From contig JBBCGK010000001.1 of the NCBI GenBank assembly GCA_037200965.1, positions 704,001 through 768,000 of the forward strand: a stretch of DNA of 64,000 nt. Reading direction: 5' to 3'. Shown here one piece after another: positions 8,605-17,843 of this stretch. Made by a program: the position numbers and the translations under genes. The DNA comes from a bacterium. GTDB taxonomy: Bacteria; Patescibacteriota; Minisyncoccia; Phycocordibacterales; Phycocordibacteraceae. Numbering within the stretch: the stretch's first letter is position 1; every line of letters begins with the position of its first letter. Under the pieces are notes generated by a model. That model searched no databases and was not told the DNA's origin. It saw only the letters and a list, made by a program, of their open reading frames with translations.

Positions 8605-9048
8605 TTACCGATTCTTCAGTATACGTTCGGCGTCGCGTTTCGCGTCCTTTTTCTTGAGATCCTCCCGTTTGTCCTTCTTCCCCTTGCCGCGGACGATCGC
8701 AACGCGCGCCTTGATATACCGCTTACTACTATACACCGAAAGTGGCACTACTGTCAATCCCTTCTTCGATTCGGCATCGGCCAGTTGCGCTAGTTCGGGC
8801 TTCGTCATAAGAAGACGGCGGTTGCGTTCCGGATCGTAGCTCTCCGGAGTGTTCTTGGCCTGATAGGGAGGGATGGTTGCGCCGACCAGATAGGCTTCTC
8901 CGCCGCGGACGAGCACCCGCGCTCCTTCGAGGCTCCCGAGCTTCCCGCGAAGCGCCTTCGCCTCGCCGCCCGAGAGCTCGAGGCCCGCATCGAATGTCTC
9001 AATGATCTCGTATTTGAGGCCCGCTTTTTTGTTTTCGATAAGATTCAT
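8605..9048 (-). CDS. smpB: SsrA-binding protein SmpB
   Basis: MNLIENKKAGLKYEIIETFDAGLELSGGEAKALR... is a canonical SmpB. Confidence 0.9.
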   Translation of the reverse strand: MNLIENKKAGLKYEIIETFDAGLELSGGEAKALRGKLGSLEGARVLVRGGEAYLVGATIPPYQAKNTPESYDPERNRRLLMTKPELAQLADAESKKGLTVVPLSVYSSKRYIKARVAIVRGKGKKDKREDLKKKDAKRDAERILKNR

Positions 9049-9878
9049 GTCGTGAGAAGGTCGAGAATCTCTTCGCGCCTTGCCATGACGTCATCGTAGC
9101 CCATGTAGAACGCTTCGGCGACCTTATGCGGATCGCGCGTCGTAAGGCCGACGGGAAGCGGCCGCGAGGGCGAGAGGTGAAGTCCCCGCACGCTGTTCGG
9201 GAGAACGGGGGTGTCGATGCGGTCCGTGTAATCGAGAAGCACGCCTTCAAGCGGCTCGCGCTGCCAGTACGCGTAGAGCCGGAAGAGCAGCTTCGCCCAC
9301 CGTTTCTTCGGCGTGAGATTGGTGATGAGCAGAATGCGCGTCGCGCCTTCCGCAACAGCCTTCTCAATGAGGGCCTGGGTGCCAAGCCCGATGCCGCCGT
9401 CCATATATAGATGGCTCCCGAGAGCTATGTGCCGGTGATAAAACAGCGGAATCGCCATCGCGGCGCGGAGCACCTCGTGGGGATCGAGCCAAGTATCGTT
9501 TCCGATAAAGCGCGTCGCCCCGCTTGCCTCGTCGGTCACGGGGACGAAATAACGCGACGGCGAGCGCGCGAGGCGGTCCGTATCGAGCGGAATGTACTGC
9601 TTGATAACCGTGTCGACCAGATAGTCGACATTGAACCTCGGGAAAGGGAAGTAGCGGATAAAGTTAGGGGAAGGAATGAATTTTATCCATGCCCGCTCGC
9701 CCTCATCGTACTGGCCGGAGAGATAGTACATGAGGGATCCCGTGCTTCCCGAGGAAGCGAGCGCTATGTCTGGCGCGCCAAGTCCGAGTTCTTTCCCGAG
9801 TGCGGTCAGTGCGCCCGCGGCATACGCGCACTTCATGCCTCCGCCGGAGGCGATAACCGCGGTTTTCTCCTCGCGCAT
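9045..9878 (-). CDS. patatin-like phospholipase
   Basis: Oxyanion hole GGGMKCAYAAG and GxSxG serine motif (SSGSTGS). The 4-nt overlap with smpB suggests co-transcription. Confidence 0.75.
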   Translation of the reverse strand: MREEKTAVIASGGGMKCAYAAGALTALGKELGLGAPDIALASSGSTGSLMYYLSGQYDEGERAWIKFIPSPNFIRYFPFPRFNVDYLVDTVIKQYIPLDTDRLARSPSRYFVPVTDEASGATRFIGNDTWLDPHEVLRAAMAIPLFYHRHIALGSHLYMDGGIGLGTQALIEKAVAEGATRILLITNLTPKKRWAKLLFRLYAYWQREPLEGVLLDYTDRIDTPVLPNSVRGLHLSPSRPLPVGLTTRDPHKVAEAFYMGYDDVMARREEILDLLTT

Positions 9879-9918
9879 CCTTTCGAGATTAGCAGATTTT
9901 CGGTATACTGACAGTCTT

Positions 9919-11868
9919 ATGCCGCTTCCGTTTCAAACGCCGGGCAGGAATAAGAAAAACAGGAAACAGAAAACGCCCGTGAAGCGCTCGTATTTCGGCC
10001 TGCCTCCCACCTCCTTCACCGGCAATCTCGTCACGACCGTTCTCATCTTCCTGCTTCTCACGAGTGCGTACTCGCTCTTCGTGGGCCTGAGTTCGAGTCC
10101 CGAGAGCGTATCGCTCTCGCAGGTCGCGAAAGACGTCGAAGCGGGTTCTATAACCGCGATCAAGGTCGCAGGCGACAGCCTGAAGCTCACGTATACCGAC
10201 GAAAGCGAGAAAGTCTCGACCAAGGACCCCGCCGCGGGCCTTCCGGAGACGCTCGCGACCTACGGCGTAACGCCCGAGCAGCTGCGGAGCGTTGCTATTA
10301 CCGTCACGGGACAAAGCGGCTGGCGCTTCTGGCTCCTCACGCTCCTGCCGCTTCTCCTCCCGGTCATCTTCCTCGGGTTCCTGTTCTGGTTCCTTTCACG
10401 GCAGGTGAAAGGCGCGGGCATGCAGGCCTTCACGTTCGGGCAGAGCAAGGCGCGCATGACGGACCCGGCCGACATGAGCCAGCGCGTCACGTTCGCGGAT
10501 GTCGCCGGGGCGAAGGAAGCGAAGGAGGAGCTTATGGAAATCGTGGACTTCCTTAAGAATCCGAAGAAGTTCCTCGACATCGGCGCGAGAATTCCTAAGG
10601 GCATTCTTCTCATGGGCGCGCCGGGTACCGGGAAGACTCTCCTCGCCCGTGCCGTCGCGGGCGAGGCGGGCGTACCGTTCTTCTCGATTTCCGGCTCCGA
10701 GTTCGTCGAGATGTTCGTCGGCGTGGGCGCGTCCCGCGTGCGCGACCTTTTCCAGATGGCGAAGCGCGCGGCGCCCGCGATCATTTTCGTCGACGAGATC
10801 GACGCGGTCGGGCGCGTCCGCGGCACCGGAGTCGGAGGCGGAAATGACGAGCGTGAGCAGACCCTGAACCAGATTCTCGTCGAGATGGACGGTTTTGAGC
10901 CGACGGAAAAGGTGATCGTTATGGCGGCAAGCAACCGCCCCGACGTGCTTGATCCCGCGCTTCTTCGCCCGGGCCGTTTCGACCGACGCGTCACCATCGA
11001 TCTTCCGGACCGCAAGGATCGCGAAGAGATACTTAAGATCCACGCACGCAAGAAGCCGTTCGGTCCTGACGTAACCCTTCCGGTCATCGCCGAGCGCACG
11101 CCGGGCTTCTCCGGCGCCGAGCTCTACAGCCTCATGAACGAGGCGGCCATCCTCGCGGCCCGCGAGAACCGTACCGAAATCACCCAGTACGACCTCATCC
11201 GCTCGATCGAGAAGGTGATGCTCGGTCCCGAGCGCAAGTCCCATATTTTGAGTAACAAAGAAAAGAAGCTTACGGCATACCATGAGGCCGGGCACGCGCT
11301 TGTCTCATCGGTCCTCGAGCACGCCGACCCGGTGCACAAGATTTCCATCATCAGCCGCGGGCGGGCGGCGGGCTATACGCTCAAGCTTCCGTTCGAGGAC
11401 AAGAAGATGTACTCGAAGAAGGCGTTCCTCGACGATATCGCCGCGACCCTTGGCGGCTACGTGGCGGAAGAGATGATCTATGACGACGTGACCACGGGAC
11501 CCTCGAACGATCTCCAGGTTATCACCGCGCTTGCGCGCGACATGGTGTCCCGCTACGGCATGTCCGATTCCATCGGGCCCGTCGCATTCGCGTCCGACCG
11601 CGACATGCAGGGAGACCGGTATTCGCAGGAAATCGCCGCGAAGATAGACGGCGAAGTGTCGCGCATCATCGAGGAAGGGAAAGAGCGCGCGAAGAAAGTA
11701 CTCACCGAACACCGGAAGGCGCTCGACGCCATAACGGATCGCCTGGTCGAAGTCGAGACTATCGAGCGCGAGGAGTTCGAGAAAATACTTATCGCGAGCG
11801 GCATCACGCCGAAGAAGAAGGACGAGGAAGGGGTCGTCATCGCTCCAGTCGCGCCGCGCGTGGACTAG
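9919..11868 (+). CDS. ftsH: ATP-dependent zinc metalloprotease FtsH
   Basis: N-terminal TM, AAA Walker [12 protein letters not shown], and Zn-binding HEAGHAL. The start was moved to the internal ATG 9919 to avoid overlap with the patatin gene. Confidence 0.95.
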   Translation: MPLPFQTPGRNKKNRKQKTPVKRSYFGLPPTSFTGNLVTTVLIFLLLTSAYSLFVGLSSSPESVSLSQVAKDVEAGSITAIKVAGDSLKLTYTDESEKVSTKDPAAGLPETLATYGVTPEQLRSVAITVTGQSGWRFWLLTLLPLLLPVIFLGFLFWFLSRQVKGAGMQAFTFGQSKARMTDPADMSQRVTFADVAGAKEAKEELMEIVDFLKNPKKFLDIGARIPKGILLMGAPGTGKTLLARAVAGEAGVPFFSISGSEFVEMFVGVGASRVRDLFQMAKRAAPAIIFVDEIDAVGRVRGTGVGGGNDEREQTLNQILVEMDGFEPTEKVIVMAASNRPDVLDPALLRPGRFDRRVTIDLPDRKDREEILKIHARKKPFGPDVTLPVIAERTPGFSGAELYSLMNEAAILAARENRTEITQYDLIRSIEKVMLGPERKSHILSNKEKKLTAYHEAGHALVSSVLEHADPVHKISIISRGRAAGYTLKLPFEDKKMYSKKAFLDDIAATLGGYVAEEMIYDDVTTGPSNDLQVITALARDMVSRYGMSDSIGPVAFASDRDMQGDRYSQEIAAKIDGEVSRIIEEGKERAKKVLTEHRKALDAITDRLVEVETIEREEFEKILIASGITPKKKDEEGVVIAPVAPRVD

Positions 11869-11920
11869 TGTTTTCATAGGAAAAGGAGAAGTTCCGGGCG
11901 CGCATGCGCGCTGGGCGCAA

Positions 11921-12376
11921 GTGCGCGTGCGTGCGGCGAAGGATATCGGCACGCTGAGCGCTCGGGACATGTTCATCGCGGGGCTGTTCCTGTATTGGGG
12001 AGAAGGCACGAAGACCTCGCCCACCGAGACATCCGTCTCGAACAATGACCCTGCCATGATTCGTTTCTTCATGGAGTGGCTTATCTTAGAAGGAGTGCCA
12101 AAGAACCGTCTGCGCGTCCATCTGCACTTCTATTCGGACATGGACATCAGAAAGGAATTACGCTACTGGTCAAAGCAGCTCGATCTGCCGTTGAGTGCGT
12201 TTCGCAACGCCTTACATCAAGGAAGCGAAACGCAGCGCTCTCTCATACCCGCAACGCTTCACACACGGCACCTGCAACCTCCTCTATCACAATCGCGACG
12301 TATCCGAATACGTCCACCAATCGCTCGATCACCTCCGGTTGAGGTTTGCCGATACCAAAGAGGTATGATTGCATAG
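11921..12376 (+). pseudogene. possible degraded LAGLIDADG-type homing endonuclease remnant
   Basis: ARDMFIAGLFLYWGEGTK resembles the LAGLIDADG motif context. The reading frame appears shifted downstream (continues in another frame as ...HGTCNLLYHNRDVSEYVHQSLDHLRLRFADTKEV). It lies immediately upstream of a tRNA. Confidence 0.3.
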
Positions 12377-12383
12377 TCATATA

Positions 12384-12455
12384 CCACCCATAGCTCAATG
12401 GTAGAGCGATCGACTTATATTCGATTGGCTCCAGGTTCGAGTCCTGGTGGGTGGA
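12384..12455 (+). tRNA. tRNA, anticodon read as UAU (Ile2-type); no encoded CCA
   Basis: Cloverleaf: acceptor CCACCCA/TGGGTGG, D-arm GCTC-AATGGTA-GAGC, anticodon arm ATCGA-CTTATAT-TCGAT, T-arm CCAGG-TTCGAGT-CCTGG, discriminator A. Confidence 0.7.
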
Positions 12456-13280
12456 CTACCGAGGGAATATATCAACGAGTTCGCCCGAACTATAAAAGTC
12501 CGCGGCAAGACCGCCGAAGCTATACGAAACACCGAGAATATCGATGGCCGCGCCGCCTACCTGCGGATTCGCGTTCGGGGTCGAATGCGCGAAGCCGATG
12601 TTGTAAAGCGTCGAGACGACCGCGGGGTTTCCTTCGATAGGGAAGCCCGCCTTCCTCCACTGCGCTTCCACCTCCTTTATATAGAGTCCCGCATAGAGAT
12701 AGCTCCAATAGTGGTCGTGCTGGTCGGTCATGCGCGCGAAGCGTTCGCTTTCTACGTCGGTCGTCCGGAAGTCGAGCGCGTGCCCGAACTCAGGCCCCGG
12801 ATAGTACGGCGAGGCCGGATCCTTCAGATTATTCTCCACTTGGATCGCCGTGTCTTCTTTCATCCCCATCACGCCCCAGGAAAACTGTGTCTGAGAACCC
12901 AGGATCTTGAGCGGATAGAAGAATTGCTTATAAAACTCCCGTTCCGTGAAGAAAAGCCGCAGCTGTTCGGCGACCAAATTCGCGGCGATGAGCCGCGCGG
13001 GAACGCCCGAGTCGGCAGCCGCCCGGTCGAGCGCCGCGGTATCTTTCCGAAGCGCCGCCTCGAGCACCTGCCATTCTTCGGTCTTCTGCCAGGGCGTGCC
13101 ACGCGGATCGCTAGGCGCGAAGTCGGTCGATGTCGCGGAACCGATGAACGCTTCGCGCTGGAGGTCGACGATGCCGCTCGTGTTGGTGAGTCCGAACCGG
13201 ACCGCGAAGTATCCGACGACGAGGAAGAAGCCGATCGCGGCGAATATATAAATGACGATCGAGACGACTTTCTTAAGCAT
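12456..13280 (-). CDS. hypothetical membrane-anchored protein
   Basis: N-terminal TM helix (VVSIVIYIFAAIGFFLVVGYFAV) and balanced composition. The opposite-strand ORF 12447..13316 is R-rich and was judged spurious. Confidence 0.5.
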   Translation of the reverse strand: MLKKVVSIVIYIFAAIGFFLVVGYFAVRFGLTNTSGIVDLQREAFIGSATSTDFAPSDPRGTPWQKTEEWQVLEAALRKDTAALDRAAADSGVPARLIAANLVAEQLRLFFTEREFYKQFFYPLKILGSQTQFSWGVMGMKEDTAIQVENNLKDPASPYYPGPEFGHALDFRTTDVESERFARMTDQHDHYWSYLYAGLYIKEVEAQWRKAGFPIEGNPAVVSTLYNIGFAHSTPNANPQVGGAAIDILGVSYSFGGLAADFYSSGELVDIFPR

Positions 13281-13786
13281 GTACGTGCAGCCTACCGTCC
13301 CCGTTCCGTTGTGTAAATGAAGGGGCGCTTGACAGGAGAGACGGGATGGTATGAGATACGGGCAGATGATTGTTTAAAGGAGGGAATTCGCCATGAACGA
13401 ACACTCGAATCTCTGTGTGTTCTTGGATTGCGTCGAAACGGTCCTCAGGGTTCCGTGTTCGCTTGGACGCCGTTTCACTATCGGCGAAACGGAAACGGGA
13501 TTGAGCGCCAGGCAGGATGTCGAACAGACGACGGGATACCGCGAAGGATGCAGCGTAGCTCTCGTCGGCATCCGGGAGAGGCTGAGCTTTCGCCGGTGGC
13601 CATACCTCACGTGCTTCGTGACGTTCGCCTTGTGGAGCGAAGGCACGTGCTACGCGCTGATCAGCCTCGCTCCGGACGAGGTTTCAAGCAAGGACGGACA
13701 TTCGTATACGCACGCGATCGGCGTATTCCCGCCAGAACGCGGAAACGCCGAACTGTATCTCCTGGTTTCCACGCCCACGTCGTAAA

Positions 13787-13815
13787 AGTCCCCGCTCGCG
13801 AACAGGCGCGACGCG
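13787..13815 (-). terminator. hairpin downstream of recG (CCCCGCGTCGCGC-N5-GCGCGAGCGGGG)
   Basis: GC-rich inverted repeat located 13-40 nt after the recG stop. The T-tract is weak. Confidence 0.3.
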
Positions 13816-13827
13816 GGGCTTGGTATT

Positions 13828-15993
13828 TCATTCCCGATGCACGTCTTCGCCTGCCTGCCTCGCAAGCGCCGCGAGAAGGGGATAGCGCCTGAGTTCGGGA
13901 TCTTTTTGTACCAGGAGCGCCGCTTCCTTTTTCGCGGCTTCGACCAATTTTATATTCTTAAGCGCTTCCATGGCGATGTCGGAGACGCCCCACTGTCTCC
14001 CGCCGATAAGTTCCCCGGCGCCGCGAAGCGCAAGATCGTACTCGGCGAGCTCGAAGCCGTTTTTTGCCGTCACGAGCGCCTTGAGGCGGTCGCGGGTCGC
14101 GGGGCCATAGCGCTCGGGAAGCGCGAAGCAATAGGCCTGATGCGTCGAACGGATCACGCGGCCGCGAAGCTGATGGAGCTGGGCAAGCCCGAAGCGCTCC
14201 GCGCCCTCGATGAGTATCACGGTCGCGTTCGGTACGTTCACGCCCACTTCGACCACGCTCGTCGCGACGAGGATGCCGGTCTCACCCCGCTCGAAGCTCC
14301 CCATCACCGTCTCTTTTTCCTTCGGCGTCATCTTGCTGTGGAGGACGCCGATACTCGCCTCGGGAAACACTTCCTTCTTGAGCCGCTCGGCTTCCGCCTT
14401 GACCGACTTGGCCTGGAGCGCCATTTCTTTTGCCGGATCGGGCTCGTGTATGCGCGGGCATATTACGTACGCTTGGCGGCCTGCCGCGAGTTCCTTTCGT
14501 ACGCGCTCGTATGCCTGCTCGCGCTTCTCGGGCCCGAGCACTTCGGTCGCGACGGGCTTTCTTCCAAGCGGCATCTGGTCAAGAAGCGAAAGGTCGAGGT
14601 CGCCGTATATGGTGAGGGCCAAAGTGCGAGGGATCGGGGTCGCGGTCATCGAAAGGAGATGTGGGGAGAGCCCGTCCTTGCGGGCCAGTCTTTGCCGGTG
14701 CACTTTCCCGAAGCGGTGCTGCTCGTCGATGATCGCGTACGCGAGCGTACTGAACTCAAGGGACTTCTGTATGATCGCGTGCGTGCCGATTACGATCGGT
14801 ATCTCGCCGTTCGCGACCCATTTGCGGAACTGCGCGCGCGAAATCGGCGTCGATTCTTCCTTGCGGATCTTCGAGGGAAACTTGCGGCACTCGCTTCCCG
14901 TCAGAAGCCCGATCGCGATCGGATGGTCTTTAAAGTATGAGATGAACGTGGAGAAATGCTGCTTCGCGAGGATTTCCGTGGGGCACATGTACGCGATCTG
15001 GAGCGTGCCCGCTTTTCTTCCCGGCGGGCGCGACGTCGCGACAAGATACGCGGTCGCCGCGGCGACCGCAGTCTTGCCGCTTCCGACGTCCCCTTCAAGA
15101 AGACGCATCATCGGATGCGGCTTCTCAAAGTCCGAAACGATGGTCTCGATGGCGGCAAGCTGCGCTTTGGTCGGGGGGAAGGGGAAGGAAGATACGAAGC
15201 CCGCGAGTTTTCCGCGGTCGACCGTGACCGGAAGCGCTTTCTCCCTTGAAGCCTCCGCCCTTCGCTTATACATCGCGAGCTGAAGCGCGAAGACTTCCTC
15301 GAAGGCGAAGCGCTTCCGCGCCGCTTCCGCGTTCGCGCGCGTCTTTGGCGCGTGCATCCATACGAGCGCCGTCCCGAGCGTCGGCAGGTTGTATCGCCTG
15401 AGCATCTCCCGCGGCAAGGGGTCTTCGATCGTCTCGTGTATGCCGGTTTCGAATACGCGCTTGAGGGAATGGAAGAACCAGAGCGAAGACACTCCCTTGC
15501 TCTCGGGATAGACGGGATAGAGCTGTTCGCCTTCGGGAAGTGCGCCGTTTGAGAACAGCGTGTCGTGTATTTCATCCGGACTTACGGGCGACCGGTCGAT
15601 GTCCGGATTCGCCACGTACGGCTTCTCATTGGTGCCCGCCGTGCGGCCCGTGACTTTCACGACCATGCCGTCGTGAAGCGTTTTCGCGATATAGGGCTGG
15701 GAAAACCACATGAGCTTGATGCGCCCCGACGCGTCCTCAAGCCACGCCTCCGCGATCGGCCTGCGGCTTTTCCATGTTTTCCGCACGTCGGGCTTCCGGA
15801 TCGTGCCATAGAGCGTAACGTCGGTCCCCGGAGCGACCGCGGTTACGGTGCCGGTCGGGCCCGCGGCTTCATAGCGCTGGGGGAAATGATAGAGCAGGTC
15901 GCGCACCGTGCGGATGCCGAGCTTCCCGAGCGCCTTCTTCTGGTCGGGCTTGAGGCGCGTGAAGTGCTTTTCTAGGGGGTCCTCCGGTGTCAT
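13828..15993 (-). CDS. recG: ATP-dependent DNA helicase RecG
   Basis: Walker A GDVGSGKT, DEQHRFG box, and an N-terminal wedge domain. Length 721 aa. Confidence 0.9.
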   Translation of the reverse strand: MTPEDPLEKHFTRLKPDQKKALGKLGIRTVRDLLYHFPQRYEAAGPTGTVTAVAPGTDVTLYGTIRKPDVRKTWKSRRPIAEAWLEDASGRIKLMWFSQPYIAKTLHDGMVVKVTGRTAGTNEKPYVANPDIDRSPVSPDEIHDTLFSNGALPEGEQLYPVYPESKGVSSLWFFHSLKRVFETGIHETIEDPLPREMLRRYNLPTLGTALVWMHAPKTRANAEAARKRFAFEEVFALQLAMYKRRAEASREKALPVTVDRGKLAGFVSSFPFPPTKAQLAAIETIVSDFEKPHPMMRLLEGDVGSGKTAVAAATAYLVATSRPPGRKAGTLQIAYMCPTEILAKQHFSTFISYFKDHPIAIGLLTGSECRKFPSKIRKEESTPISRAQFRKWVANGEIPIVIGTHAIIQKSLEFSTLAYAIIDEQHRFGKVHRQRLARKDGLSPHLLSMTATPIPRTLALTIYGDLDLSLLDQMPLGRKPVATEVLGPEKREQAYERVRKELAAGRQAYVICPRIHEPDPAKEMALQAKSVKAEAERLKKEVFPEASIGVLHSKMTPKEKETVMGSFERGETGILVATSVVEVGVNVPNATVILIEGAERFGLAQLHQLRGRVIRSTHQAYCFALPERYGPATRDRLKALVTAKNGFELAEYDLALRGAGELIGGRQWGVSDIAMEALKNIKLVEAAKKEAALLVQKDPELRRYPLLAALARQAGEDVHRE

Positions 15994-16045
15994 GCGTTTC
16001 CCAAGTATAGGTTATACTGCGCGCATTACACACTCATCCATTCCC

Positions 16046-16876
16046 ATGCCTTATTTTCTACGCCCCGTCCTTCTCGCGCTTGCGCTGGGGTTCATGCTGG
16101 CCCCATCGCTTACGCTTGCGGCGGCAAAACCCGCGGTATCGCTCACCGCGCCCCTCAAAGGCGCAAGCTATAGCCGTACCGAGAAGATGCCTGTTAGCTG
16201 GAGCGTTTCGAACGTTTCGCACGATGTCGTCGTCGTGGGTGAGGTGAAGCTCGTAAAGCAGGACAGGTCGGCGCCGTCGGCCGGGCTTGTCGGCGGCGGC
16301 ACGTTCATGCATGTCGTCCATCCTTCGGATACCGGAGGAACGCACGTCTGGGATTGGGGAGCGAACGACAGCATTCCCGGGAAGTATTCGGTGACGCTCC
16401 GCCTCTACGAATGCGCGGCGAAAGGATGCGACTATTTCCCGACGGGGAAAGCGGTATCGAAAAAGACGAAGACCGTTTCCTTCACGGTACTGAATACAGG
16501 CACGGGCGCGCCAGCCGCGTCCGCGACGCATGTCACGATCCTCTCGCCAAACGGCAACGAGCGGTATCAGGCAGGCTCGGGCAAAAAACTCACCATCCGC
16601 TGGACCGCGGACGGTGTTTTGAAAGGGAGCACTGTTTGTACCGAGCTCATCCAGCAGAGCACCCAGCGGTATTTCTCGTTTCCCGGCGATGATTCCTGCA
16701 AGCGCGTAAAGGACGGGAAAGGCTCGGTCGGCGGTCCGCTCATCCGCACTTCCGGCTACGATCTTTCCCCGGGAAAGTACTGGGCAAGCGTCAGGATCCT
16801 CGCCCCGAAGACGAGCGACGGCAAGGATTCGGCGACGCTCGCTTCGGATACGAGCGACGATACGTTTTCGCTCTAG
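16046..16876 (+). CDS. secreted hypothetical protein
   Basis: Signal peptide MPYFLRPVLLALALGFMLAPSLTLAAA. The start was moved to the internal ATG to avoid overlap with recG. Confidence 0.55.
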   Translation: MPYFLRPVLLALALGFMLAPSLTLAAAKPAVSLTAPLKGASYSRTEKMPVSWSVSNVSHDVVVVGEVKLVKQDRSAPSAGLVGGGTFMHVVHPSDTGGTHVWDWGANDSIPGKYSVTLRLYECAAKGCDYFPTGKAVSKKTKTVSFTVLNTGTGAPAASATHVTILSPNGNERYQAGSGKKLTIRWTADGVLKGSTVCTELIQQSTQRYFSFPGDDSCKRVKDGKGSVGGPLIRTSGYDLSPGKYWASVRILAPKTSDGKDSATLASDTSDDTFSL

Positions 16877-16961
16877 CGGGCCGTTCCCCACACCCTCTCT
16901 TGATTTAGGCCCCAAGCGTCGTATTATCAAGGCGTATTACCCGCTTATCCCATTCCATTCC

Positions 16962-17795
16962 ATGCCATCCCTCAAGAAACTCGCGCTCGGAGGCCTCGTG
17001 GCCGCGGTGCTCATCGTGCCTGTCAGCGTTTCCGCGCAATCCGCAAGCGATCTGCAGGCGCAGATAGCGTCGCTCCTTTCGCAGGTGCAGACGCTTCAGG
17101 CGCAGCTCTCCGCCATGCGTGGCGCGGCATCGAGCACGCCCGCATTCCCCGGCAGGCCGTTTCCTCCGTACTGCATTATGCTCAAGAACAGTCTTCGGCT
17201 CGGTGATACCGACGGGACGGCGGGAGGCGAAGTCTCGAAACTTCAACAGGCGCTCGCGGCTTCGGGCTTCTTTTCCGGAACGGTGACAGGGAGGTTTGAT
17301 ACTCTGACTGAGGGCGCGGTGCAGAGATTCCAAGCACAAAACGGCGTCGTCTCTTCAGGATCCGCCATGACGACCGGATACGGCGCGGTCGGTCCCGCGA
17401 CCCGCGCACGGCTCGCCGATTGGTGCAACCGTGTCGAACCGAAGCCGGAGCCGACGGCGACGAGCACTCCTCGCGCGACCAGTACGCCGCGCGTCCCCGC
17501 CATGCCCCAGCGTCCCGCATCGACAACCGAACCGAGTCGTCCGAGACCGGGTTCGAATCCCGTCGTATGCACCCAGGAGGTGAAGCTCTGCCCTGACGGA
17601 AGATATGTCTCGCGCACCGGCCCGAACTGCGAGTTTCGGGAATGCGAGGGATCGGCCGCCTCTTCGACAAGACCGAAGCTTAATCCCCGAAACGATACGT
17701 CCTCGGCAAATACCCTCAGCGCCGCCGCCATCGCTGCGGTACAAGCCGAAGTCGATGCGCTTGCCGCACAGGTCAAAGCATTCCTTGGCCGATAA
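16962..17795 (+). CDS. secreted protein with peptidoglycan-binding (PG_binding_1) domain
   Basis: Signal peptide. LRLGDTDGTAGGEVSKLQQALAASGFFSGTVTGRFDTLTEGAVQRFQAQNGV matches the PGBD repeat. Confidence 0.6.
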   Translation: MPSLKKLALGGLVAAVLIVPVSVSAQSASDLQAQIASLLSQVQTLQAQLSAMRGAASSTPAFPGRPFPPYCIMLKNSLRLGDTDGTAGGEVSKLQQALAASGFFSGTVTGRFDTLTEGAVQRFQAQNGVVSSGSAMTTGYGAVGPATRARLADWCNRVEPKPEPTATSTPRATSTPRVPAMPQRPASTTEPSRPRPGSNPVVCTQEVKLCPDGRYVSRTGPNCEFRECEGSAASSTRPKLNPRNDTSSANTLSAAAIAAVQAEVDALAAQVKAFLGR

Positions 17796-17843
17796 CAGAG
17801 AGAGAGCGCGAACGCGCGGCCCGGGAGGGCGGCGCGGTTTGCC

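Noticed and set aside
8284-8839. Three overlapping ORFs (8284..8562 -, 8467..8793 +, 8513..8839 +) listed in the ORF track.
   Set aside because: They lie on the tmRNA gene and its junction with smpB. Their translations are Arg/Ser-rich nonsense typical of GC-rich non-coding sequence.
9126-11476. Multiple 60-300-aa ORFs antisense or out of frame to ftsH and the patatin gene (e.g. 10260..11099 -, 10396..11295 -, 10499..10867 +, 9411..9911 +).
   Set aside because: They are R/P/S-rich with low complexity. They are fully contained in strongly supported genes (FtsH motifs are intact on the plus strand). Such shadow ORFs are common in high-GC DNA.
12447-13316. Plus-strand 289-aa ORF overlapping the minus-strand membrane-protein gene.
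   Set aside because: It is Arg-rich with a charged low-complexity composition. The minus-strand ORF has a clean TM helix and balanced residues.
13317-13892. ORF 13317..13892 + (191 aa) and 13837..14940 / 14210..15283 + inside recG.
   Set aside because: R-rich pseudo-ORFs, antisense or frame-shifted relative to the well-supported recG. No motifs.
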